From positions 71,734,604 to 71,798,603 of the forward strand of contig NC_081359.1 of the NCBI RefSeq assembly GCF_030684315.1: 64,000 nucleotides of DNA. Reading direction: 5' to 3'. The position numbers and the translations under genes were made by a program. Below are positions 13,081 through 25,450 of the stretch, one piece after another (the stretch's first letter is position 1; each line of letters starts with the position of its first letter). Origin of the DNA: Stegostoma tigrinum (lineage: Eukaryota). The notes under the pieces are model-generated. The model was not told where the DNA came from. It saw only the letters and a list, made by a program, of their open reading frames with translations, and searched no databases.

Positions 13081-13754
13081 CAATGAGTGAATTATAACAC
13101 TATTAACTACTTTGGATCTCTGATGCTGTACTGAATGCTGGCAATACAATAAGCTGTTTCATAGCTAAAGTAGTTAAAAGTAATGCTGGTTCATTCAGTT
13201 GACCGCAGTAGTGCATCACAATAATGGACATGATACTTAATTCTATTATGGTCCTGCACGCAAATGCCATAGATATTAGGATTCAACCAACTCATTCTTT
13301 AGCATTTTTGATGATTCCCAGTTAAAGAAAGAAATTCCATTTAGATAGCATCTTTTGCAAATTCAAGACATCCTAAAATATCTTAGATATAACAAAGTAC
13401 TTGAATATTAATTTTTTTTGGTTTTTCATGGGAGTTAACTTTTGACACTGTTACATGACACCTACATTGTCCATCCTGCTCCTTGCTAACATCTATTTGT
13501 GAATGATGTTGAGCAATATACAGCAGATCATAATTCTGGCCACATTTGTAGAACCTGGACGTGGTATTCTGCTGTATTGGTCAAATCAGCCAAAAGCAAC
13601 CTGGGTGGAAGAATGCCAATAGGCATACCGCCCAAACTCAGTAAATCCACAGACCTCACAATGTTCTGTACAGTTGGATTTAATGGTAAGCCAAGGAGTC
13701 ATGGTATCAGTAAATAGCCCTGGTCCCTTAAGACTTGTACATTAAGTCACCATT

Positions 13755-13930
13755 AGACGATAAGAAATCGGGACAGAGTAGGCCATTCAGCCCCTCAAGT
13801 CCTGTCTTCAATTCAATAGGACCATAGCTAATCCAGCATTCCTCATGTCCACTTTCTTGTATTTTCCCACTGATCAAGAATCTGTCTATCACAGCGTAAA
13901 ATGAATTACTGAACCCCATTCAACAATTGT
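13755..13930 (-). mobile_element. CR1 3' fragment
   Basis: taagaaatcgggacagagtaggccattcagcccctcaagtcctg tail. Confidence 0.65.
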
Positions 13931-14611
13931 AAGCCCGTGTCTGTACTTTTAGTCACTAACTAACTACACAATTATATTTCTCCTACCTCTTTTTTCAAGT
14001 TAAAAGTGGATGATGGCGATCTATAAAGATGGCCATGGCTGTTTTTGTATCCTTGAAGATATTGCTCTACTCATTCTTCAGTTCCTAGATCTATAATCAG
14101 CCTCTGGTGAATATTCAGAATGGAGTTTGAGTGACATAAACAACATCTCCACTATGTACATACCACAATGATATCATACCAAAGCACATTTCAGGCCCTG
14201 GAAGTACTGCCTAATTATCAAAGAAAGGCATGACAAAAATCTGCTCTCAAATACGTTTCTTGGAAACACAAGTACATCTGAACCAGCCAACAATCTAATT
14301 GATAGAACCTCACCCTAAAGTTCAACAGCAGACTTAATAAGCTTTTGTGTTGCAACCACAAGTTCAAGAATTCCAATTAAAACAAACTCACATTTGAATT
14401 GAATTACTGAAAAGCATGTGTGTTATCAGAAGCAATTACATAGAAATAAAATTACACACAAGAATGCCAGCTTTGCTCTCCAGAATTATGTCCTAACCCA
14501 TTGACCATGGATTAGTCAACAAAGGCAAAGCCATCTTGTGCCTCCTTATTAAAAAATAACAAAATTGTAGGGATAAAATAAACTGCAATTCTATACTTGG
14601 CTGATATAGAT

Positions 14612-17085
14612 TAGAACATAGAAACATAGAACGGCACAGGCCCTTCGGCCCACGATGTTGTGCTGACCTATAATCCTACTCTAAGATCAAACTACCTGCA
14701 TACCCTACGCTTTACTATCATCCATGTGCCTATCCAAGAGTCGCTTAAATGTCCCTGATGTATCTGACTCCACTACCACCACCAGCAGCACATTCCACGC
14801 ACCCACCACTATGTGTAAAGAATCTACGTCTGACATCGCCTCTATACCTTCCTTCAATCACCTTAAAATTAGGACCCCTCGTAATAGCCATTTCTGCCCT
14901 GGGGAAAAAAGTCTCCAGCTACCCATTCTATCTATGCCTCTCATCAACTTGTACACCTCTGTCAAGTCACTTCTCATCCTTTGTCACTCCAATGAGAAAA
15001 GCCCTAGATTCCAAACTTTCCTCACGAGACCTGCCCTCCAGTCCAGGCAGCACCCTGGTAAATCACCTCTGCACCCTCTCTAAAGCTTCCACAGCCTTCC
15101 TATAAATGAGGCAACCAGAACAGAACACAATATTCCAAGTGGGGTCTAATCAGGGTTCTATTGAGCTGCATCATAACCTTGTGGCTCTTAAGCTCAAGTC
15201 CCCGGCAATGAAAACCAACACACCATATGTCTTCTCAACAACCCGATCAACTTGGGTAGCAACTTGAAGGATCTATGGACGTGGACCCCAAGATCCCTCT
15301 GTTCCTCCACACTGCAGAGAATCCCACCAATAACCTTGTATTCTGCATTCAAATTCGACCTTCCAAAATAAATCACTTCACACTTTACTGGGTTGAATTC
15401 CATCGGCCATTTCTTTGCCCAGCCCGGCATCCTATCACTATCGCGTTGCAACCTACAACAGCCCTCCACACAACCTCATGTCATTAGGAAACTTACTAGC
15501 CCACCCTTCCACTTCCTCATCCAAGACATTTATAAAGATCACAAAGAGCAAAGGTCCCAGAACAGATCCCTGCAGAACACCACTGGTCACTGAGCTCCAG
15601 GCTGAATACTCTCCATCTGTTACCACCCTCTGTCTTCTATTGGACAGCCAGTTTTGTAACCAGACAGCCAAATTTCCCTGAATCCCATACCTCCTTACTT
15701 TCTGAATGAGCCTACCATGGAGACCCTTATCAAATGCCTTGCTAAAATCCATACACACCACATCTACCGCTCGACCTTCAATGTGTTTTGTCACGTTCTC
15801 AAAAGAATTCACTAAGGTTTGTGAGTCATGACCTGCCCTCACAAAGCCATACTGATGATTTCTAATCAAGCTCTGCTTTTCCAAATAATCATAAATACCA
15901 TCTCTCAGAATTCTCTCCAATACTTTTCCCACCACAGAAGTAAGACTGACCGGTCTATAATTCCCAGGATTATCCCTATTCCCTTGCTTGAAATAGGGAA
16001 TGACACTTGCCACTCTCCAATCATTTAGTACTACTCCAGTAGGCAGTAAGGACACAAAGATCATTGTCAAAGGGGCAGCAATCTCTTCCCTCACTTGGGT
16101 AACCTTGGGTATATCCTGTCTGGCCCAGGGGGCTTATCTATCCTCATGTTTTTCAAAATATCTAGCACATCCTCCTTCCTAACATCAAGCTATTTGAACA
16201 TATCAACCTGTTTGAGCAGATCAGCCTGTTTCATGCTGTCCTCACAAACGTCAAAGTCCCTCTCATTGGTGAATACTGAAGCAAAGTATTCATTAAGGAC
16301 CTCCCCTACCACCTCTAACTCCACGCACACAAGTTCCTTCCACTATCCCCGATTGGCCCTACCCTCACTCTGGCCATCCTCTTGTTCTTCATAAAAGAAT
16401 ATTGAGCGCCTTGGGGTTTTCCTTAATCCCACCTGCCGAGGCTTTTTCATACCCCCTTCTGGCTCTCCCAAGTCCAAGTCCATTTCTTCAGTTCCTTCCT
16501 GGCTATCTTGTAGCCCTCTAGAGCCCTGTCCAATCCTTGCTTCCTCAACCTTAAGTAAGCTCCTTCTTCCTCTTGACTAGGTGTTCCACATGTCAACTCA
16601 TCCAAGGTTCCTTCACCTTACCATCCCTTCCTTGCCTCAGTGGGACAAACCTATCCAAAACTCATAGCAACTGCTCCCTAAACAATCTCCACATTTCTGT
16701 TGTGCATTTCCAAGAAATCATGAATTCCCAATTTATGGTCTGCAGTTCCTGCCTGTCAGCATTGTAATTTCCCCCTCCCCCAATTAAATACTTTCCCATA
16801 CCGTCTGCTCCTATCCCTCTCCATGACCATAGTAAAGGTCAGGGAGTTGGGATCACTGTCACCAAAATGCTCTCCCACCGAGAGATCTGACCCTTAGCCT
16901 GGTTCATTGCCTTGCACTACATCCAATGTGGCCTCCCCTCTAGTCAACCTGTCTACCTTTGAGTCAGAAATCCTTCCTGGACACCTGACAAAAATTGCTC
17001 CATCCAAATTATTTGCACTTAGGAGGTTCCAGTTGATATTAGGGAAATTGAAGTCACCCATGACAACAATCCTATTACATCTTTC
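14612..17085 (-). mobile_element. CR1/HER1-like LINE, ORF2 with frameshifts, 5'-truncated
   Basis: ORF 15453-16094 NYRPVSLTSVVGKVLE...DFSKAFDK...SGVLQGSVLGPLLFVIFIN; MGDFNFP endonuclease remnant near 17050; (agaacat)n tail. Confidence 0.93.
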
Positions 17086-17399
17086 ATTCAGAAATATATT
17101 CTGCTCATTCTTAGTGAAATGGGTGCTGGCTGTTGTTATAAACCATTTTTTGTAAAATTTTTATACATTTGGTTTGTAATTGACATTGAACTGAAATCTA
17201 CATTTTAAAGCACTACAATTGTCAGCCTGAAGCAATGTTTTAGCAAGGCCTCCAGTAAATGAGCAGTTAGGCTTCATTAAGAAATGCTTGAAAGTGGATC
17301 CTCTTTAAGTGAGCCAGACAGGCCTTAGGAGCACATAAAAGTTAGCCAGCACTTGAAAATGGCATTGCTCAGGCCTAACATCGTGCACAGCAGTGGAAG

Positions 17400-18460
17400 A
17401 TGCTCAGGTGTGCAGTAGAATCCCATTCACGCATACCTGTCCTGGGACAGAAATTCACATCAGCGGAGGAGGCGAAAGAGGGGGACGTGAATGACAGTTC
17501 TGTCAATTACGAAACCAGCAGCACTATTGGGGACAGTGGGTTCTATTCCAATGCTCCAATCTACACCTGGCTGTGTTGGAGCTGGTGCTGTTGCCAACCA
17601 CGTAACTAGAGAAGTAGAGACGATTTTAAACTAAATAGTGGAGACAAGTGATTGGACTTTGGAAATCAGGAGGGAAGATTCAATAGTCAAATCCAAAGGG
17701 GAAGCTGAGAGATGATCAACAGGGTGATAGAAAGGCACAGTGGGTACAAATCTAAAAGTTAACTACCAGCTAAGACTAGAAAAGTAAATGGATAAATCTA
17801 AAGGCTCTGTATTAGAACATACATAGCATTCAAAACAAAATAGATGAACTGGCAGCACAAATAGAATTGAATAAGTACAACCTAGGAGTCATTACAGAAA
17901 CATGGTTGCAGAATGACATGGATTGGGACCTGAATCTTGAAGGCTTCAGGACATCAGGAATAACTAGGAAAGTTTAAAAAAAAAGTGAAGGTGTGGCTCT
18001 GTTAGTTAATGATGCTTTTAGCGCAGTAATAAGAGGGATGACATCAGTTAGGAAACCAAAAAAGAGATATATAAAGACAAGAAATCATTTGGATGTGGTG
18101 TACACAGTCCTTAATAGTAACCATACGGTAACTTGGAGCACAAAGGCAGAAATAATGATAGCTTTCAGAAAGGTAATCCCACAGGAGATTTTAATCTGTA
18201 TACATAGAACTGTAGGTCAAATGGGCAAAAATGGCCTAGATGAGGATTTTGTAGAATGTTCTCAGATAGTATTTTTAGAACAGTATATTGTGAAGCTGAT
18301 CAGAGAACTGGCTCTACTAGACCTGGTATTATGCAATGTGATAGAATGAATGCATGACCTCATAGTGAATATAACTAGATAGCAGTACTCATATGAATGA
18401 ATTTTACATTCACTTTGAGGGAGAGAGGAGTGGGTCCAAGACTATTTTAGTAATTTGAAA
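17400..18460 (+). mobile_element. CR1 5' portion (ORF1 end + endonuclease), decayed
   Basis: Remnants IQNKIDEL, VITETWLQ, GVALLV, ALLDLVLCN. Confidence 0.75.
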
Positions 18461-18484
18461 TTTGGGAGGAAGGAGGGCATTAAA

Positions 18485-18662
18485 GCGGTGCTGGCAGGTG
18501 CAATTACAACATTTAAAAGACATTCAGACAGCTAGATGAATAGAAAGGTTTAGAGGGATAATCGAATAAATGCAGGCAAGTGGGGCTATATTAGTTTGGG
18601 AAATTTGGTCAGCATAGACAGTTGGACTGAAGGGTCTGTTTCTGTGCTCTATGACTCTGTGA
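18485..18662 (+). mobile_element. CR1 3' end
   Basis: acaacatttaaaagacatt...gaagggtctgtttctgtgctctatgactctgtg. Confidence 0.8.
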
Positions 18663-19464
18663 TTTACGGATTCTGCTAACAGTACTGTTAAGCTCCGACA
18701 GAACCAGAAGTGTGGTACAGTTATTTTCCATTCAGAAGTTAACAATCAGTTTAAAAAGGTTGATTTTACAGACATGTTAAAGCCACAAAATATTTAATTG
18801 TTTTACATGTTCTGGTAATGATAACTTCAGAAAATTCCAAGTTTGCATGTGGTATTTTTCCCCATTCATTTTTAATTTCAAACGGAGACTCTCATTGTAC
18901 TGATGATTAAACTAGGTTTAATTACCTGCGTATAAATGACTTTGACTTTGTCAGTGGCCTCACCTTCATGTTGTCAGATATTGCATCTCAACAAGGTGAA
19001 AATACATACAGGCTTATGCTAGCAGTCTAGTAGATTAATGAATCATTACATTAATGCAAATATTATACTTTAAAATTGTGAATTCTGTCAAGTGATTCTC
19101 CACTTGGAAAGCTCACAGTATCAAAGAAGGGAAAGAGAAAAGCTGAATATTCATAAAACATGACAAAGTAGGCCATTCTGTCAAATAAGGCAGTACTACC
19201 TGTTTCAAATAACAATATAGTTAGTTCCCAATTCCCTGCAATAATTTTCAGCTTTAATTATTTATCCAATCTCCTTTATGAAAGTTCAATTGAAAAATGA
19301 AATTCACTTCTCGCTTTCAAACAAGCCATTATCAAATAATTAATCTGCCTGGGAAGAAGAGTTCAATTCATTGGCTCAGTCAGGGAATTATGTACAACCA
19401 CAGGGAGACGAATAAGAAATTTATAACATGTTAAGGTGAGTGTGCAGAAAGTGATCTGATTTAC

Positions 19465-19550
19465 CTGGATAGTGATCTGGGTTTGCTAAGGGCTTTGCTA
19501 ATCACTAAAGAAGGCGCTGACTGTCGTCTCTGGGCTAGATTTTTCATTAT
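19465..19550 (-). CDS. ARHGAP20: ARHGAP20 coding exon 2 (IMKNLAQRRQSAPSLVISKALSKPRSLS+AG), 86 nt
   Basis: Long polypyrimidine tract ending TTTGCAG acceptor, donor CAG|GTAAAT. In frame with exon 1 and matches recalled human KMKTLAERRRSAPSLILDKALQKRPTTR. Confidence 0.95.
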
Positions 19551-19781
19551 CTGCAAAAAAGAGAGAAAAAAAAAGCAACAAAGATTCAGTTACCAGCATG
19601 AACCAATTTTTCCTCAGTTACATTTTTACAGGGAAATTCAAAGTTCATAAACTAATCAGCATTAACAATTCTAATAGCAGGATGGCAGTTCTGCGAGCTC
19701 TGTTATAAACACAATAACTTGGTGTCACAAAGTCCGAGCAGCAAGTTTTGAAAGTTTGATACAAGCTGAAGAATATTGAGG

Positions 19782-20695
19782 GGAAGTAGCAGTATTGTCA
19801 CTGGATTAGCACTGGGGGCTGGAGTTTGAATCCCACAATGGCAATTTCATACTTTAGAATTAAATTATAAATCTGGAATTAAAAGCTAGTGTAAAAAAAA
19901 GTTGATTGTTGTAAAAATATATTTGGTTCACTAATGTCCTCTGGGGAAGGGGAAGCTGCCAAGCTCACTTGGTCCAGCTTTAATGCAACTCTAGATCCAC
20001 TGCTCCATGCTTGACTCTTATCAGCCCTCTGCTGCTCATTTATATTTAACCATTACAAAATCCGATACAAAGCAGGATCTTGAAGAATGACTATGTCCCA
20101 GGCACAACAATCACCAGCCCGAGGTCAATGCTGTTGCTGGGACAAGACAGAACCAAAGGTACCAGAACAGTGTTTTACATTTGGGAAGGAATCCAAACTC
20201 CACTAAGCCTCAGTTTCAGGTCAAACATAGGCAAGGGAATCTTCTACCAATTGTAACCCACCATCCTCTTCAACTGATGAATCAGTTTTCCATGTTAACC
20301 AGCACTTGGAGGAAATACTGGTGGAAGGGCAAAGAACATATTTTGGTTGGGGTCTTCATTGTCCAACACCAAGAGTGACTCATTAGCATTACTACTGATT
20401 GTTCGAGTCCTAAAGGAAGTAACTGCTTGACGGGGTTTGTGACAGGGGACGAACAAGATGGAAAAACATACTTGAATTTGTCCTCTCAAATCCACCTTTA
20501 ACAGATGCATCTGTCCATGACAGCATTGGCAGCAGTGGCCTCTGCATAGTTCTCGTGGAGACTAAGTCAGACTAAATACAGAAATAAGGCAATAGTTAAC
20601 ATTGAAGTCTTTTGTACGCATTGGGGACACCCTCCATTATGTTGTGTGGCACCACCACCATGTTGAGTGGATTCAAGTTTGAGAAGATCCAGCAA
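19782..20695 (+). mobile_element. tRNA-headed CR1/L2-group LINE 5' fragment
   Basis: Head with B-box-like GTTTGAATCCC, shared middle segment, then endonuclease remnants QVKHRQGNLL and LVGVFIVQHQE*L. Confidence 0.65.
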
Positions 20696-21213
20696 ATAAT
20701 GACTCTGACAGTTTTTTCTCATAACCCTTCCTGGTCTCTCTAATATACTTTTACATCGCCCTCTGAACCTTCTGTATTCCTTTCAATTCTTAATTGTATT
20801 TTTCTACCTGAACCTGTCAAAAGCAAATTTTTGAATGAATAACCTTAAAAAGAAATTTCAATTAAGAATCAATCAACCCTCCTTTAATGTGGTAGCTGAT
20901 TTTAGTTAGTTTCTATCATGTTGCTGGCAACACTGGCTTCATTTCAAATGTTCGAATTAACCTTATGGAGCCTGTTGACTAGATTTAGATCTTAAGATTG
21001 CCACATGTACTCAAGTACAGTACTACAGGAGTACAGTGAAAAGTGCATAATCTCAACACAGAGAGTACCATCTTAGGTAGCAGGGTACCCAGGTATAAAA
21101 GTATCCTTAGGTACAAAGTAGTAATGACAAGGGTTAAAAAGTTAAGCATTACTTCACAGAATAGTAGAAAAATACAGAAATAAGGCAATAGTTAACATTG
21201 AAGTCTTTTGTAC
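20574..21213 (+). repeat. Perfect 44-bp direct repeat (20574-20617 and 21170-21213)
   Basis: AAATACAGAAATAAGGCAATAGTTAACATTGAAGTCTTTTGTAC is identical at both sites. Confidence 0.92.
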
Positions 21214-21389
21214 TAAAGTGGATCATGGAGCATTTTACAAATAATTTGAATTTACATAAAACATGGTTGGAATATTCTATCCTCAAGCCAAGAGAAGTCC
21301 TGTGGCAGCATTCCTTCATAAGTCTAGTGTATATGGAAAAACTTTTCAACATTGCGGCTACTATAAATTTCAGTTTGTCTGCAGGGTGT

Positions 21390-21730
21390 CCGAGTTCCAA
21401 CTACTAAAGCAAATCTTCTTCACCCAGTAAAGGAAGGCACTCAGATGAGAGGAGAACAAAGGGTACTTTTCAAAGACTCCCTGGAGACTTCCCCCAAGAA
21501 ATGCTACATGAACGTTAATGCACTGGAAACCCTCATTCTGAAGGGATCCCGGTTAGAAGGAATACAATTCTTCAATAATACATGTTGGCGAGAGGAAGTA
21601 TGGAAAAGGAATGCCAACAATCTAAAGGCCAAGGACCACGTCCACCTCCCGGAAGCACCTGCCAAATGTGAGGTCAGACATGCAGATCCAGGATCAGGCT
21701 CATCAGCCACACAGAGACCCACGGAATGCC
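21390..21730 (+). mobile_element. RTE-clade LINE 3' relic
   Basis: RGEQRVLFKDSLETSPKKC resembles RTE GGQxKRFKDxLKxSLKxC; shifted frame gives CRSRIRLISHTETH, the RTE C-terminal zinc-finger-like motif. Confidence 0.7.
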
Positions 21731-22349
21731 TGCAGAGCCATAAAGACTTCTAAACACAAGTTTAAACAATTTATCATTTCTACCAAATTGGAATTAAAAT
21801 AAGTGATTATCTAGTGATTACTTATAGACAGATATAAAGCTGCAAATGTTGATCACTAACAAAATCACCTTAAAAAAAGTAAAATATTACTACTCCAATA
21901 CCAGATATTGCAGGATCATTGAGAATCAGAATAACAGCAGGCATTGCTATATTACATTGATTGCTGCTTCAAATGCACAGATACAAGAACCTTTAGGGAG
22001 AATTGTACTCCAAAAAATATTGTATGGTGTTGATATTTTCATCAAATTGATTGATTATAGTTCAATACTTATGTAAAGTTACTACTGCCATCATGCAAAG
22101 TATTAACAGTCACAATAGGCTACATGCTCTTCTGTACTATAAATTCCTACATTTCTATTGTGTGCATTACTGCAGTACACTTGAAATGGTAAGGAAATAT
22201 TTCTGGCGTCATCACGGTGTTCAGATCACAAAAGTTTCAGCCTACACCTAGCGCTCTTACTATGTTTTAGTGTGACATTTTCACATTGTCCTGACTTTTG
22301 TTGACAGAAATTGCCCTCGCACAACTTAAGCAGGTAATACTTACAATTG

Positions 22350-22755
22350 ACAGTTAGAGTTGTTTCCACTAGAATTTAGAAGAGTGAGGGGTAACTTAAT
22401 TGAAGCATATAAGAACGGGCTTGATGTTTCCTCTTGTGGATCAGTACAGAACTAAGGGCATTTTTTAAAAAAATTAGGGTGACTCTTTTTGGACCACAGA
22501 GAAGGAGATTTTGTTTTCCTCTCAGATGGTTGAGTGATTTTGGGACTCTGCCTCAAAGACAGTGGAAATGCAGTCATGGGACATTTTTTAAAGACGGAGG
22601 AGGATAAATTCTTTTCAGGCAGGGGAATAAAAACTTTTTGGGGTAAATGGGAATGTGGCATTCAGAACAGAAACAGGTCTTCCATCATTTTATTGAATGG
22701 CAGAGCAGACTTGAGGAGCCAAATGGTTGACTGCTGTTTCTATTTTGTATGTTTG
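22350..22755 (+). mobile_element. CR1 3' end
   Basis: LFPLEFRRVRGNLIEAYK remnant and tail attgaatggcagagcagacttgaggagccaaatgg. Confidence 0.8.
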
Positions 22756-24169
22756 TATGATTTGCAGAGTACAATGCATTTTATTTTCCTGGAGAAAAGC
22801 AGCATAGGCTAGAAATTAACCTTGGCAAAGCAACGTGTGATCATATCAGATTATTTTGATAGCAAAACATTTTATGCATTTTAATGATATCCTGTTAAAC
22901 TGCACAAGTCCACTGACGTTCTAGTTTCACGTTGTAGATGTGAAGCCAATTTGGGATATGGTGGGAGCTGGGATTCCTTCTTTTAGATTTGACACTGTTT
23001 ACATTCCTAAAGCACTGAAGGAAAACTTCTGCCTCCACGCAATCCACAGTCAATGCACAGAATACTCCTGAACTAATTACATCCCAAATCAATGTGTACC
23101 TTCTGCTCAGTAAAAACACATTTGAAAACAATACATTTTTAAGTGTCATGTTGGCTGGCAGCCATTAACAACAATGTAGATTTTTGGCAGTTTTGCTTCA
23201 CCTGATCTCGATTGCTCCTTGCTGCAACTGATCATAGAATGGTTTCAACATTGAGATACTCCCTCTTTTGAAGGGAATTTTTTTTTCAGCTTTTCTTGAA
23301 ACGTTGTATATTATTTACTACACAGAAACATGCTCCACTTGCTGTTAGAAATGCCTGAATTTTCTCCCAAATTCTCAAAACTTTACAGAATTCCATTACT
23401 TGCCATTTCCTTACATTATTGACTAGCTACATTATATAGATAATGTTACCAAGTGAACTGCATTTACTTTGCAAGCCCACTGCTATATATTAAAATGAAA
23501 TTTAAAATAAAACTAATTTCCACAAAATGACCGTGAAAATAGAGTTTGCCCAATAAGTATAAGTTGCTTGAAGCTTGGAAAATATTTTTAGTTGTCAATG
23601 TTTGACAGAACGTTCTATTTATTGTGCAATCCTACACAACCTTCATATAGATACAATATATTTCCTGATAAGACCACCAAAGAAAAGAACCTACTGCCCT
23701 TAAAACCTGCTTATTAATTCAACTGGAACATGTGTGATCTAAGCCCCATCTTTAATTGACCTCCCCTTTTAGGTCCTTATGCCTTGGTATTTTAACCTAA
23801 ATTTGGAATGATCCTTAAATTTTAACTCAGATCTTGGTCTTAACTGCCTTCCATACTCTGGGAAACCGTTGAGGAGAGAGCAGAAGAAAGTCAAAAAGGG
23901 CACATTAAGTGACTATGAAACAATGATGAAAACAATATTACAGTTGTTGTCCACTCTAAAAGCCATGTGTGTGGTCATAGTTCCAGAGACAGTGGAGGAG
24001 GGAAATGAAGGATAGATCAGTAATGTAAAAAGAACTATTCTGCTAAACTTTCATTTAAAATTTGATAGATAGCAAGTGTTCTAATGAGCATAAAGAGAAA
24101 CTGAACAGCCACATAGACAGCAGGTCATTTCAGTCTCCCCAAGGAGATTTATTTTTTCTTCTGTTCTAT

Positions 24170-25450
24170 ATTAACACTAAGGAAGCTACTGGAGAAGATT
24201 AAGGGATATAAAATTAATGGAAGGGTAGCAAATTGAATTAAAAACTGGTGTGAAGGGAGGAAGCAAAGAATAGGATTAAGGGCAGTTTCTCAGAATGGAT
24301 GGCAGTGGGTAACCATGTCTCACAGAGTTCTGTTCTTGGATCTCTTCTGTTCACAGTATATATCAATGATTTCGATTGAAGGTTGGATTTTCAGATACTG
24401 AACTATTGGCATAAATAAATCTAAAAATCAAAAGGAAAATGCAAGGAATAATGGCTAACATGGCACAATGCACAAAGGAATTGCAGATGGAATTTAACAT
24501 CTATACATGTGGGATGTTGAATTTCAGTAAAATGGAAGTGTGATGTAATCATCAAGGCATACTATATTCAGACAAATTGAATTGAATTATAAAAGTAAGA
24601 TTATAGTAGTAAATCATGAAGAAACCTCAGTAAGGTAAAAATGGAGTAAGGCATGCAGTTTTCAGGTTAACAATTCATGACATATTGAGGTTATACAATC
24701 AGCACAATGCAGAATGGTATCTAGTATGAGGAATTCCACAGCAAGATAAGTATCTGCTATGAGGAAATATAATTATGAATAAATTAGACAGCTCCTACCA
24801 AAAACTCAGGATGACTACCATCCTAGGACAAGGACAGCAGATACAGGGGGATGCCTCCACCTACAAGTTCCTCTCCCAGCCATTCACCATCTTGACTTCG
24901 AAATATATCTTTATTCCCTCACTATTGTCAGATCAAAATCCCTCCCTAACAGCATTGTGGATTTACCAACAGCAAATGGACTCCAGTGGTTCAAGAAGGC
25001 AGCTCACCACCATCTCCTCCAGGAGGAATATGGATGGGTAACAAGTGCTAGCCTGGCCAGCAGCACCCACAGCCCATGAATGAATAAAAAAAGGGTACAG
25101 TGCAAGTTAAAAAGTTATTTGATAGAGATGTTTAAAATTATAAAAGTATGGAATACAATAAATTGAAATATGTTCTTTTCAGCAACTGAGTGACTTAGAA
25201 CCAAAGGGTCTTAGATAAGATGAAACTAATTTAAATTTAGAACAGATAATAAAAGAAAGAAATCTTATTTTCTAGAAGGCTGTTAGACTATGGAATGCAC
25301 TATCAGAGATAATGATTGAGAGACACCACGTCAATATTTAGTAACAGGTTAAATAGGGAACAAAGCAAATACATGGGATTTGGACTATTGATCATATTGC
25401 AGATGTACATCAAAAACAGAATTATCGGGCTAAAAGTTTCCACACTGTAA
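24170..25450 (+). mobile_element. Heavily decayed CR1 RT/3' region, interrupted at ~24790-25092
   Basis: VSQSSVLGSLLFTVYIND and LQMEFN remnants. Confidence 0.55.
24790..25092 (+). mobile_element. CR1/L2-group LINE 3' end (second family)
   Basis: ttcaagaaggcagctcaccaccatct...ggatgggtaacaagtgctagcctggccagc...atgaatgaataaaaaaa; same tail reversed at 40005-40330. Confidence 0.75.

Noticed and set aside
15453-16094. Longer ORFs such as 15453-16094 and 36780-37559 as host genes
   Set aside because: They are fragments of CR1 ORF2 or ORF1 within decayed LINEs.
22895-23149. Minus-strand ORF in ARHGAP20 intron 1
   Set aside because: No homology recognised and no in-frame donor I could support.
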